Part shown: positions 1-13,207 of the stretch, piece after piece
Layout of the letters: each line of letters begins with the position of its first letter
How positions within the stretch are numbered: position 1 is the stretch's first letter
Source: Octopus vulgaris
Taxonomy: Eukaryota
Direction: 5' to 3'
Assembly (NCBI GenBank): GCA_951406725.2
Contig: OX597826.1
Location: forward strand, 22,940,001 to 23,004,000
DNA length: 64,000 bases
Program-made: the position numbers and the translations under genes
The notes under the pieces: generated by a model
Database searches by the model: none
What the model was told of the DNA's origin: nothing
What the model saw: the letters and a program-made list of their open reading frames with translations, nothing else

Positions 1-490
1 GATCGAGCTATGGTGCTTAGTAAAAGACAGCCTAAAAACTTGTAAACATTACTAACAAAGGCAAAATTTGACCTTAGCAACAAAGACCAAACATTCACGG
101 TATCTAAATGCAATGATAGCCGATGTGGCACATGCCAATTCATACATACCGGTCAATATATAAACACAAAAACAGGGGAAAATATTCACAAACGCGAATA
201 TGAACTGCAAAAGCAGAAATTTAATTTACTGCATCAAATGCCCAAATTGTGAAGAAATATATGTAGATCAGACGTGAAACGCACTATTAGAACGCTCACG
301 TGTACACCGGCAACAGATTAGAGACCCAGAGGTCCGTCAGATACCTTTGAGTAACCACCTAGCAACATGTGGCCGGAAAATGTATATAATATTTCCGTTC
401 TACAAATTACACAGCCCAAGAGAAATCGAGAGGAGAATCAGAGAAAAGAATTTTATTGATAAATTCGAACCCAAGCTAAATAAGCAATAA
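1..490 (+). pseudogene. Penelope-like element ORF C-terminus (Zn-finger linker + GIY-YIG endonuclease), disrupted
   Basis: Manual translation: SKRQPKNL*TLLTKA...KCNDSRCGTC, frameshift, then CKSRNLIYCIKCPNCEEIYVDQT*NALLERSRVHRQQI...REKNFIDKFEPKLNKQ*. Two stops and one frameshift. Confidence 0.85.
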
Positions 491-983
491 TAATAATACT
501 TAGAGGTATTACTTCCACTGCTACGACCATGACCACTAACAACAACAACAATACTAAAGGTGATCAAGACGAAGATAGCAGGAAAATTATCTTATTTAGG
601 GTTAAAGTTCTATTGCCACCACCATCACCACTAGCAACAATAATTAAGGTGCTGACAATGATGATGATGACAATTGAAATATAAAAATATAAAAATCTCT
701 GACAAAGGATATTTACAACATTTCTAAAAATAACCCAACAATTGCTGCTTCGGCCAGGGTCAAGATACAGGACTCTTGACATGTCCAACAAAGCGTGATG
801 CCTAAACCAATCAGCTCAACCAACCAATCAGCTTAAGTAATTGAGTGATACTACACACTGATTGGTCAGAATACAGTTTGCAAAACCTAGCACTCTGGAG
901 CCTACCCAGCTGTATTTATAGCACAGAATCAATCATCTTGCTACAGTCAAAAATTGTGAAGCATGACTGTCAACACTACTACA

Positions 984-1028
984 TGAACCCGAAGATTGCA
1001 GAATTCAATGCATGAAAGTACTAGTTCA
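984..1028 (+). ncRNA. Minimal type I hammerhead motif (CCGAAGA core variant) in the PLE 3' region
   Basis: Stem I TGAAC/GTTCA, core CCGAAGA, stem II TGCA/TGCA, GAAA, palindromic stem III AGTACT, cleavage triplet CUA. Lies downstream of the GIY-YIG ORF. Confidence 0.65.
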
Positions 1029-1205
1029 ATCAGAATGAACATTTAACATTCTACTATTTCATTTTATTTTATTCAATTATAATATATTATCTTATAATAT
1101 ATCATTATAAGATTGTAAATAAAACGTGAAAATCAGACAAGGTTGGAATTCCTTTTATTAATATATTCTTCTATACACAATCACACACACCCATATATAT
1201 ATATA

Positions 1206-1263
<58 letters not shown>

Positions 1264-1264
<1 letters not shown>

Positions 1265-1694
1265 ATTGTTATATTTCGGAATGGTCATTTTGCCAGTTTA
1301 GTCAATAAAAACACACGCACTATATATTTGGTGTTATTTTGCTTCAGTATTATTTATTTTTTACATTAATCTTAATCTTATTTCGGCCAGAGTTCTTTCG
1401 TCACACTCCTGTGACCGCATCAGTGGTCCTTTGTTTTCTTCTTTCTTATTTGTGTCTCTCCTTACTAACCGTCAGCCTGATGCGGTCACAGGAGTGTGAC
1501 GAAAGAACTCTGGCCGAAATAAGATTAAGATTAATGTAAAAAATAAATAACACTGAAGCAAAATAACACCAAATATATAGTGCGTGTGTTTTTATTGGCT
1601 AAACTGGCAAAATGACCATTCCGAAATATAACAATATCTGTTTCAACACACGACTTCACATAAAAAATCTTGCACAACAAATATTTAAACGTAC
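1264..1694. mobile_element. Fold-back PLE pLTR-type element in (TA)n
   Basis: Inverted arms ~1264-1423 and 1477-1637. HHR-like motif in the arms; ATG at 1612 starts [27 protein letters not shown]. (TA)n on both sides. Confidence 0.75.
1385..1428 (-). ncRNA. Hammerhead-like motif with non-canonical core CUGAUGCG
   Basis: Minus strand: GACCA CTGATGCG GTCAC AGGAGT GTGAC GAAA GAAC TC TGGCC. Confidence 0.5.
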
Positions 1695-1695
1695 T

Positions 1696-1778
<83 letters not shown>

Positions 1779-1780
<2 letters not shown>

Positions 1781-2068
1781 GAGGCGCAATGTCCCAGTTG
1801 TTAGGCCAGCGGACCCGTGGTCGTAGGATCGTGGTTTCGATTCCCAGACCGGGCGATGTGATTGTTTATTGACACCTAAAAGCTCCACGAGGCTCCGGCG
1901 GGGGTAGTGCTCCCTGCTGTACTCTTTTACCACTCTTTCTCCCACTCTTTCTTCTGTTGGCCTACTCGCTTAGCCAGCGGAGTGGCGTCATTCGAAGGCT
2001 AAAACAATGCGAACGCATTGTGACCAGCGATGTGTTACAACATCTGTTGGTTTGGTCGGTCACGTGAT

Positions 2069-2076
<8 letters not shown>
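1779..2076 (+). mobile_element. tRNA-derived SINE, family A
   Basis: A box TGTCCCAGTTG (TGGCCCAGTGG in other copies), B box GTTTCGATTCC, CACGTGAT tail. Copies at 13208, 25911 and 28782. Confidence 0.85.
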
Positions 2077-2126
<50 letters not shown>

Positions 2127-2128
<2 letters not shown>

Positions 2129-3768
2129 CTATTTTCAAACAAGATCGGTAATAGATCGGTACCTCCAATGCCTAGATTGGTCATCACGCGGGACGTAGTC
2201 AAACGTGTTATTCAAGGCCTCGACGTCAACAAGGGTCACGGCCCTGACGGCATACACCCACGGGTTATCAAAGCGTTGGCTCCGGTCATCTGCGAGCCCT
2301 TAACACGTCTATGCAATATGTCATTGGCGACGGGTGTTATACCTGCCGACTGGAGAACAGCGATAATCTGCCAAATTTTCAAGAAAAGGAGCCGCGAAGA
2401 CCCGCTTAACTACCGACCGGTTTCCCTTACATCAATAATCAGCAAGATGTTCGAAACCATCCTTAAGAAAAGTATGATGCTCCACCTCCAAAACACAGCC
2501 TATATCTCTGATTCCCAACACGGCTTCGTGCCGAAGAGATCATGCTTGACCAACTTACTGGTAATGGAAGAATTGGTGACGCGCATCCTCGATGATAGTG
2601 ATGCTGTTGACATCGTTTTATTGGACTTTGCCAAAGCTTTTGACTCGGTAAACCACCGCCTATTACTTGTCAAGCTTCAAGCATATAGTTTCCATCCGGA
2701 TATTGTACGATGGGTTGGTGCCTTCCTCTCAGATCGCTCCTTCTAAGTCCAAGTAAATGGTTCGCGGTCCGACGTCTCCAGTGCGAGCAGTGGCGTGCCT
2801 CAAGGTTCAGTGCTTGGGCCCTTATTGTTCTTAGTCTTCATAAATGACTTGCCCGACGACCTCACGCAACACACCCTTCTATTTGCCGACGATATCAAAC
2901 TGGTCGCTCCTCGCGGTGATATAGAGGATCTTCGTCGATGCATCCACCAAATTTGGAAGTGGTCTAACGAATGGGACCTGTGTCTGAACGTGTCAAAGTG
3001 CTGTCATCTGCCTGTCGGCTCTCCTCCTGCAACTCAACTTGATTTCGAGCCGGGTCGTCTGCTGCTGGAGAGGACCGATCAGGTAAAGGACCTGGGTATC
3101 TTGGTGGATTCCTCCTTTTCGCCTTCGGCCCAGTGCGTCCATACTGCCAACAAAGCACGCGGAATTCTGTTCTTGATTCGACGGTCATTCGGAATGCTCA
3201 CAGCAGCCATATTCCTACCACTCTATGTCACGCTGGTGAGACCCATATTGGAGTACGGGATTCAAGCCTCTTCTCCTTATCTCCTCAAAGACATACAGCA
3301 TCTCGAAAGAGTCAGAAGCTGGCTACCCGCATGGTTCATGGTCTCAAAAATTTGTCCTATGAAGAAAGGCTGAGGACGCTCGACCTTTATTCTCTTGAAA
3401 AACGCCGCCGCCGTGGTGATCTCATTCTCGCCCACAACATCATAAGCGGAAAGTGTAACCTCTCGAAAGAGCTGTTCTTCACTCCTGCTCCAGAGCGTCG
3501 GCTGCGGGGTCATTCCGAAAAGCTCTACCTGCGACGATTTCATCTCAATCGAAGGAGAGGAGCTTTCTCCGTCCGGGTTGCGGATCCGTGGAACAAGCTG
3601 CCAGACGAGATGGTGAAGATGCCGACGACCGCTTTGTTCAAAGCCTCCCTTGACCTCAAGTGGCCTGAACTCTTTACATGAACACCACCCTGTACTTAAC
3701 TCCATGTCTCCCTACATGGCCTTGCTATTTGCTTTTGAGCCAAATTAACTAACTAACTAACTAACTAA
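2127..3768 (+). mobile_element. 5'-truncated CR1-group LINE (RT region)
   Basis: ORFs 2168-2746, 2795-3373 and 3133-3681 give [37 protein letters not shown]. One stop and one frameshift; (TAAC)n tail. Confidence 0.95.
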
Positions 3769-4058
3769 CATATATATATACATGTGCATATACATACAAA
3801 CATACATTTGTGTGCCTGTGTGTATGTATATGTTTGTAGGTATGTATGTGCAACGAACTCAAGACATGTAAGGAAAAAACACAATATAGCATACCCGACA
3901 GCCAACCGTAGAATTCGTCGTAGTATGTACGAATGTTTATCTTTACATATCTATGAAAATGGCGGGCTTATTCGCAATGCATTTCGGTAACAATTTGCCT
4001 ATTCGGAACAAAAATTCAGTATTGGACTATTCCGGTGAAAAATATAAATTTAAAATTA

Positions 4059-4120
4059 TGCACTGAAGAGCATAGAATGCATTTTCTGCATTGATTGCGA
4101 AATCACAGGTGATATGTAAC
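4059..4120 (+). ncRNA. Type I hammerhead ribozyme, monomer 1 (stem I shortened by the inversion junction)
   Basis: TGCA CTGAAGA GCA...TGC GAAA TCAC AG GTGA TA TGTAAC. Confidence 0.8.
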
Positions 4121-4503
4121 TAAATTCTATTTTTAAATGACTTGCTTTGAAGTTTTGTATTCGGTACAATTTGTTTATTTTAGTAGTTTTGACTGCAAGA
4201 GTCCCTCCTAGCCTGCGGTACCTATGAATAATAGTACCCTCTATATAATATAAATAAATATTTTCAAAGTGGAAAAATTTACAGATTTTTTTTCTTACGA
4301 GGTTTTTCACGCTAACTACTGATAATTTCTTATAAAGATTTTATCCTTAATTTTAAATTTATATCTTTCACCGGAATAGTTCAATACTGAATTTTTGTTC
4401 CGAATAGGCAAATTGTTACCGAAATGCATTGCGAATAAGCCCGCCATTTTCATAGATATGTAAAGATAAACATTCGTACATGCTACGACGAATTCTACGG
4501 TTG

Positions 4504-6179
4504 TGACAGTCCAACGGACAGGTTGTTATTATTCGAACACGTGTGATTATTATAAGTTGCCAATTAATTTTGTTGAATTGTTGTTGTACGTTTTGTGATA
4601 CGGTTTCTTGTTATACTGTTTCTGTTCTGGCGGCCGTTGTCTGTCTGTGTTGAGACAGACAAAAGGTTATGGACCACCCCTCCCTAATGGGAGAAATGGA
4701 GGAGGAATGGATATTCGAGACCTTGTCAGAAGCATCGACCTCTGAGGACGAGCTAATCGGTGCCGTTAACAATATGGATATAAAAACCGGGAAGACGTAC
4801 GCAGGAGCAGCAAAAAGTTAGAGGAAAAGGAGATAAACCTGGAAAAGTTGCCAGGCTTTCAGGCATGCATGACGAAGGAAAGAGGTGAGGTAAAACTACT
4901 TCCACCAGAAAAACGTGGAGAATGGTTTGAGAAGAGAGTGATTAAATACCGGACATACGTAAATGATAAGAGAGTAGAAATGGTAAAAATGGAAGATATT
5001 GAGGAGGCGCTAAGGAGAGTGGAAGAAGAAATTATATTCATGGCAAGAGGTAATGAGTTCGGAACAATTATGGTGCAGTTTGAAAACAAGATTATAGTGA
5101 GGAAAATGGCAGCGAAGACAATCAAAACAGAAAAAGTAATCTTACTACCATCGTATATGAACCAAAGAACAACTAGAATAAGAGTGGAAAAGATAACCCC
5201 CCCCTCCCACATAGAGGGTGAATGGGTCGTTGCGGCGGTAATAAAAGATGTGGAAGAAGAGGTGGACATTTTGCAAGCTACCGTAAAAATTAAAGGTCGG
5301 CGAGGTAAAACGATAGAGATGAGTGTACAAGCCGAGGAGGGTACACTAGAAAGAATGGCCGACATCATAATCTTCGGGAATATAGTAATGAGAGTGTGGG
5401 TGGAGGGCAGAGCACCAAGATGTTATAAGGGTGACCTGAGGGGCCACATAAGAGCCTACTGCCCTCCCCCACGAGAAGAAACTGTAAATCAGGAAAAGGA
5501 GGAGGTGGAGCAGGAAAAAGTTGAGGAGGAAGAAACGGAGGAGGAGAAGGAAGCCCAGACGAAATGGGAGGATGTAAGGAAAAAAAGAAAAAGAAAGAAA
5601 TCGAACTATGTCGAACCCCAACCCACCCCAACACCACCCGCACCCTCTGAGCCCCAGCCTTCCCCTGCAAACAGTGATCCCACCCACTCCCCGCCTACAA
5701 GAAAACCAAAAAATAACGCAGACACAAAGTAAACAAGATCCCAAGTCCCATATGTTATGTTTTGTGAAAAGGAAGACACTGAGAATTCGAAAAGAATCTT
5801 AAATACTTTTTCATGGTATGAGAGAGAAGATGGGAGTTATACGGTGGTGCCAGGGGAACTAATGGATACAATTATGGCGTTGTGTGTAAGAGAGGGTGTA
5901 AAAGTGATTAAGGTGGAATTTTCGGATGAGAGGATAAAAGAGATAGAAAGGAAGGCTGAGAGAATGATAAGGAAAATGGGCTTTTTATTGGAGATGATAA
6001 ATGACGATAGGTTATGAAGGACAGGTAAGTGGTGCTGGCGGATGGGGCCGTCAGCATCGCTTTCATATTATCATTCTCAGAAAATTTTCATCCTACATAC
6101 TTTTAATTTGTAATGTTCTGTGTCCCCAATGTATTGTGGTGTCGCCTCTGTGTCGCCCCTAGTGGGTAATAAAGAAGTA
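4504..6179 (+). mobile_element. Non-autonomous gag/ORF1-only non-LTR retroelement
   Basis: 17-bp TSD GACGAATTCTACGGTTG (4487-4503 and 6180-6196). Gag-like ORF with Zn knuckle; no RT or endonuclease. Confidence 0.85.
4669..5732 (+). pseudogene. Gag-like ORF1 with CCHC knuckle, frameshifted near 4815
   Basis: ATG at 4669 corresponds to the ORF start at 30001 in the duplicate. Knuckle is [15 protein letters not shown] here and intact [15 protein letters not shown] in the duplicate. WEDVRKKRKRK basic motif. Confidence 0.8.
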
Positions 6180-6244
6180 GACGAATTCTACGGTTGGCTG
6201 TCGGGTATGCTATATTGTGTTTTTTCCTTACATGTCTTGAGTTC

Positions 6245-6308
6245 GTTGCACTGAAGAGCATAGAATGCAGATTCTGCATCGATTGCGAAATCACAGGTGA
6301 TATGTAAC
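6245..6308 (+). ncRNA. Type I hammerhead ribozyme, monomer 2 (canonical)
   Basis: Stem I GTTGCA/TGTAAC, CTGAAGA, stem II GCA..ATGCAG ATT CTGCAT..TGC, GAAA, stem III TCAC-AG-GTGA, AUA cleavage site. Confidence 0.9.
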
Positions 6309-6731
6309 TAAATTCTGTTTTTAAATGACTTGTTTTGAAGTTTTGCATTCGGTACAATTTGTTTATTTTAGTAGTTTTGACTGCAAGAGTCCCTCCTAGC
6401 GTGCGGTACCTATGAATAATAGTACCCTCTATATAATATAAATAAATATTTTCAAAGTGGAAAAATTTACAGATTTTTTCTCTTACGAGGTTTTTCACGC
6501 TAACTGCTGATAATTTCTTATAAAGATTTTATCCTTAATTTTAAATTTATATTTTTCACCGGAATAGTTCAATACTGAATTTTTGTTCCGAATAGGCAAA
6601 TTGTTACCGAAATGCATTGCGAATAAGCCCGCCATTTTCATAGATATGTACATTCGTACATGCTACGACGAATTCTACGGTTGGCTGTCGGGTATGCTAT
6701 ATTGTGTTTTTTCCTTACATGTCTTGAGTTC

Positions 6732-6795
6732 GTTGCACTGAAGAGGATAGAATGCATACTCTGCATTGATTGCGAAATCACAGGTGATATGTAAC
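6732..6795 (+). ncRNA. Type I hammerhead ribozyme, monomer 3 (stem II mismatch)
   Basis: Same as 6245-6308 except GCA>GGA in stem II and an altered stem II loop. Confidence 0.75.
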
Positions 6796-7029
6796 TAAAT
6801 TCTGTTTTTAAATGACTTGCTTTGAAGTTTTCCATTCGGTACAATTTGTTTATTTTAGTAGTTTTGACTGCAAGAGTCCCTCCTAGCGTGCGGTACCTAT
6901 GAATAATAGTACCCTCTATATAATATAAATAAATATTTTCAAAGTAGAAAAATTTACAGATTTTTTCTCTTACGAGGTTTTTCACGCTAACTACTGATAA
7001 TTTCTAATAAAGATTTTATCCTTAATTTT

Positions 7030-8444
<1,415 letters not shown>

Positions 8445-8727
8445 ATGCATTATATATACAAATGTATACAAATGAGATATATATCTGTATAAATTAAATT
8501 AGAGATAAAACCACTAATAGGCAAATCAAACAGTGAAAAACAAAAAACAAAAACATTAAAAAAAAATATATAATATAGAAAATATAGAAAATATAAGATT
8601 GAAAAATTTAAATTATTTAGATTGAAAATAAAAATTATTAAATTATATTTATAATTTGTTTAAAAATATATATAACTATGAAAAAGTATGAAAAAGTTTA
8701 ATATACATAAAGATATATATACTTTGT

Positions 8728-8970
8728 ATATATACATTATATATACATATTTATATATAGAACACAGACACACACACATACATTATATATACATATTTAT
8801 ATATAGAATACACACACACACATACATTATATATACATATTTATATATAGAACGCACACACACACATACATTATATATACATATTTATATATAGAACACA
8901 CACACACACACACACACACATACATTATATATACATATTTATATATAGAACACACACACATACACACATA
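8728..8970. repeat. Minisatellite, ~42-56-bp unit (CA)n-TACATTATATATACATATTTATATATAGAA
   Basis: About five tandem copies visible. Confidence 0.8.
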
Positions 8971-9378
8971 TAAATGAACGCAAGAATATCTGATTCATAA
9001 TATTTGTTCTCATGATTGTGTGTTGTTTGGTAGCGATGATAATTCTCCCTATGAATGCAAACAGATACATCAAAGAAAGCCGCCTGACGATCTTATAAAG
9101 GGAAAGTGAAAGGGAGTTGAGGGGAATACATTAAATAACGGGAGTAGCATTCTCAAAGTTATTAATGAAGGGGAGTAAGAGAGGGAAAGGAGGAAATAGG
9201 GTGAGTGAGGAAGATGGCCCCTAGCAACCACACCTTTTAAGCTAGGGATTTCTAAGGTAGCCCACGAGCATCGTCACCTCATTCTACATGTCCCTGTAAA
9301 TTTTGGAGCGAATCGGACGGGATGTAATGGCATTGAAAGCGATCCAAGCGGTAAAAACACATTTCCGTTTTATATATA

Positions 9379-9444
<66 letters not shown>

Positions 9445-9445
<1 letters not shown>

Positions 9446-9679
9446 GGAGTAAACACATAAATGTGAAACAAGGTGGAAAAAAGAGTACTCAAATACCAGT
9501 GGTAGAGTAATATGCTTTATTTTAAGCAGCAGAAAATTCAACAAAATCTGTTACTCTGAGTTTCTCGTTGCCGTTCATCAGACAGTTTTTGCTAGAATCT
9601 AGCAAAAACTGTCTGATGAACGGCAACGAGAAACTCAGAGTAACAGATTTTGTTGAATTTTCTGCTGCTTAAAATAAAG
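9445..9679. mobile_element. Minimal fold-back HHR element (family D)
   Basis: Perfect 82-bp inverted arms 9515-9596 and 9598-9679 with a 1-nt spacer. Same terminus as the copies at 26426 and 50876. Flanked by (TA)n. Confidence 0.9.
9604..9651 (+). ncRNA. Minimal hammerhead motif (mirror copy on the minus strand at 9543-9590)
   Basis: AAAACTGT CTGATGA ACG GCAA CGA GAAA CTC A GAG TA ACAG ATTTT. A.A mismatch at the base of stem II. Confidence 0.7.
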
Positions 9680-9993
9680 TATATATATATATATATATAT
9701 ATATTGTATTGGGCTGTAATTGTAAGATCAGCAAAGAAGTACTCCATCTGGTGATAGATCGATATCGTTTAATAGATACAATATATGTATTTATGTGCTG
9801 CTATTAGTTTCATGTGGTGAGAGCATGCCAAACAGTGCTTTTTAACACATATGGTATCCTAGTAGTGCCTGATGATTATGCTTGGACACCAGACGAGTTA
9901 AAAAAACACTACTTGACATGCTCTCAGCACATGAAACCAATAGTAGCAAATAAATACATATATTGTATTTATTATATATTACATATATATATG

Positions 9994-10051
<58 letters not shown>

Positions 10052-10320
10052 TTCGAAACGTAGAGTAGATGAAACCATGGCGACTGAAGAAGGGGAATTT
10101 TCCTTGTGTTATTTGTCCTGTACTCTACTTTTTTGTTGTTTAAGAAAAATGTCCAGTTCCTTGGTTTTGTGTTTATGTTTTCGTTTCTCATTGTGTTCGA
10201 CGTTTTTTTGCTGTCCTCTACCCATATATGCGTGTATATATACATGCAGAGGTAGGTACGTACATATATGTACGTATATAGGTATATGTTTTATTTATTA
10301 ATTTATTATATATATATATA

Positions 10321-13192
10321 TGATTGATTTTGATTGATTTTTCCAGTTTCAGCTAATGAGCTGTGGCCATGCTGGGGCACCGCCATTTGGTTTGCTACAC
10401 GATTTTACCTCCCGGATGCTTTTTAGCAAATGCCATCTGATGCATGAGAGAGTTCGATGCAGCTGCCCTCATCTGCACCTCCTGCCGTGAAGTTGGTTCA
10501 TCCGGGACACCTGACAGGAAGAGATCCAGTCCTACTTTAAAGACATCCGCATCTACACCATGCAGGTCCCTCAGGTTCTAGGGGAGGATATTGAAGAGCT
10601 GTGGGCCTCTGAAGCCCAGGCAATCACAATATCTTGTCCTACATCTTGATGGAAAATTTGGAGTCCTTGGTACTACGCAGTGGCGCCCGGTTCTGGCATT
10701 TGTGTGACTCTCGATGCCAAAGTTTGGGACAAGTCCTTCCAGGATCTTCCAGATATATATTATGGCGTATCTTTCTCGCCTACGCTCCAGGGAATAGAGC
10801 TTTAATCTCTTGAGTCTTTCCCAGTAGTTCATATGCTTCACAGAGGCTATCTTCTTCGTGTAGCTTCGTTGGATCGCCTCAAGTTCTGTGATCAACTTGA
10901 CACTGGATGGTGACCATAGCTGAGAGCAATAGTCAAAGTGGCTTAGGACAAGTGTCTTCCAGAGGACCATCATGGTTTCTTGTTCTCTTGTTCTAAAAGT
11001 TCTAAGAATCCATCCAGCTAGCCGTCTACATTTCATTGCCAGTTTAGCAACATGTACATGAAAGGTCGCGTCATCACTCATGTGAATACCCAGGTCACGC
11101 ACTGATTGTGCCTCTGGGATTGCAATCCCTCCGGGTCCAGTGTATTCATTGGGTATTGCATTCAGTTTTGCATGCTGATAGTATAAAGCTTGAAACTTTT
11201 CAGCATTGAACTGCATGCTATTCTTTTCAGCCCACTTGTATATTTCGTCCAGCTCACATTGCAGGTGCTTAGTGTCCTCAGGGTTCTGTATTGCCTGTGA
11301 AACTTTTGTATCATCTGCATAACTTGTGATCGTGGCTCTCTGCGTGGCTGAGGGCATGTCTGAGAGGGCCATTATGAACAGTAGTGGTCCCAAAACAGTG
11401 CCCTGCGGAACACCGCTCATTATTTGCGTGTTAATGGAAGTGGCCCTATTGGCTGCTACCACCTGACTTCTATTTTTCAGAAAGTCATGAAGCCATTCTC
11501 CCAATTTTCCAACTATGCCAAGATCACGCAGTTTGTGACATATCATTCCATGATCGACTTTATCAAAGGCCTTTGCAAAGTCGAGATATATGACTTCCAC
11601 ATTTGAGTGGTTGAGCAGTTGTTTCAGCACCCAGTCATAGTGTTGTAGGAGCTGAGTTAAGCAGCTTCTTCCTGGTCGGAAACCATGTTGGGTGTCGGGC
11701 AGCAAGTCATTTTCTTCAAGGAAGGTGATTAGTTTCCTTCTGACTATTCGTTCCATGACCTTGCTGATGTGTGAGGTGAGAGAGATAGGTCTGTAGTTCT
11801 TGGCCTCCGCTTTGCTACCTCCTTTATGAATGGGGCATATTTTACCTTCCTTCAGTTTTCTTGGAAGTTTGCCAGCTGCAAGGAAGCTCTGAAAGAGGAA
11901 CTGCAGTGGTCTTGCTAGGACTCTCTTACATACTTTTAGGAGGATTGCCGGGAATCCATCGGGGCCAATAGCTGAGTCTGTTTTCATTTCATCTATAGCC
12001 TTTATTACATCGTCTTCCTTTATATCGATGTAATTTATCGTCGCCGCCTCTTATTTTATATCTGCAGTGGTAAAGAAGTCAGTTGGATTGCTGATTTGGA
12101 AATGCCCAAGGGTGGAGTGAAAACACTCTTGAATTGCTCATTCAGTATTTCACTTACCCTCATTGGTTTTCTCTGTGAGTGTGCCATCCTTTTCAAGGAG
12201 TGGCCCTATCCTACAGTGCACCGTGGCTGTTTCTTTGGCATACCCGTAGAAAGCTCTGGGGTTAGTTTTTATGTTGTCTATAGCCCAGGCTTCTTTGTCT
12301 GCTCTTTCCTTTTCATGGGAGAGTTGCAGACATTTTTTAATTTCCAACAGTTTTATTTTCAAGCGGTACTTTTCACTGCTTTCAATTTGTTTGTTTAGGC
12401 GATTTGAAATTTTTGTACGCCGTCTCATTAAAATTTTCCTCTCTCTGGGGATTTTGTTCTTGTGTACAGTGGCCTTTCTCTCTGGGACACATTTGTAGCA
12501 TATGGCTTGCATTACAGACATGAATTGTTGAAGTTTCATGTCGATGTCCGGCGAGGAGAGACATTCAGGCCAGTTTTGTTCGAGGATCTCTTTCTCAATT
12601 TGTTTCCAGTTTGCCTTATTGAAGTTCAAGCTGGAAAGATTCTGAGAGTTTCTTGTAGGCTGCATGTCCATGCTTTCCTTTGGCCCGTACATGGTCAGCT
12701 CTACCATGTTGTGATCCGAGAGTAGTGTCGGTGTCACTTTCACATTATGGATGAGATCCATATTATTTGTGAAGCAGAGATCCAGTGTGTTACCTGCCCT
12801 GGTTGGTTGGAGTATTACTTGCTCCATGTACAGGGTGTTGATGAGGTTCAGGAGGGACCTCGCCTGTCCCCGTTCACATCGTGTCATTCCTGGGAGAGAA
12901 AGGCCCTCGGCCCATCTGACATTGGGTAGGTTGAAGTCTCCCATGAGAAGTACACTTATGTGCTGTTCTAGTGTGACTAGAACTTCTATTTTTATAAGGC
13001 AGTCTTCAAACTTGCCCATATGGCTCGGGGCATCTGGAGGGCGATATGTAGCACACACAACTACACCAAGTTGCCTTACATGTACAATTAGTGTGTCACA
13101 CACCTAGTTTGAGTATGACAAAAGGACCTGGGGTGTGAGGTCCTCACGGATGTACATAGCAACTCCTCCATGACTCCTTTCTTTTCTTTTCT
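10321..13192 (-). mobile_element. 5'-truncated CR1-group LINE (APE endonuclease + RT)
   Basis: ORF 12150-13103 (YRPP, GDFNLP, LSDH) and ORF 10578-11987 (RT, YADD). 3' UTR GGCGGTGCCCCAGCATGGCC and (AATC)n tail. Confidence 0.95.
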
Positions 13193-13207
13193 ATATATAT
13201 ATATCTG

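Noticed and set aside
1779-1852. tRNA-like sequences at SINE heads (also 13208, 17140, 17956, 26199, 28782)
   Set aside because: No proper acceptor stem, and each continues into a SINE body; not tRNA genes.
10051-10105. GAAACGTA ... CTGAAGA as a permuted hammerhead
   Set aside because: No stem I can be formed; at best a truncated half motif.
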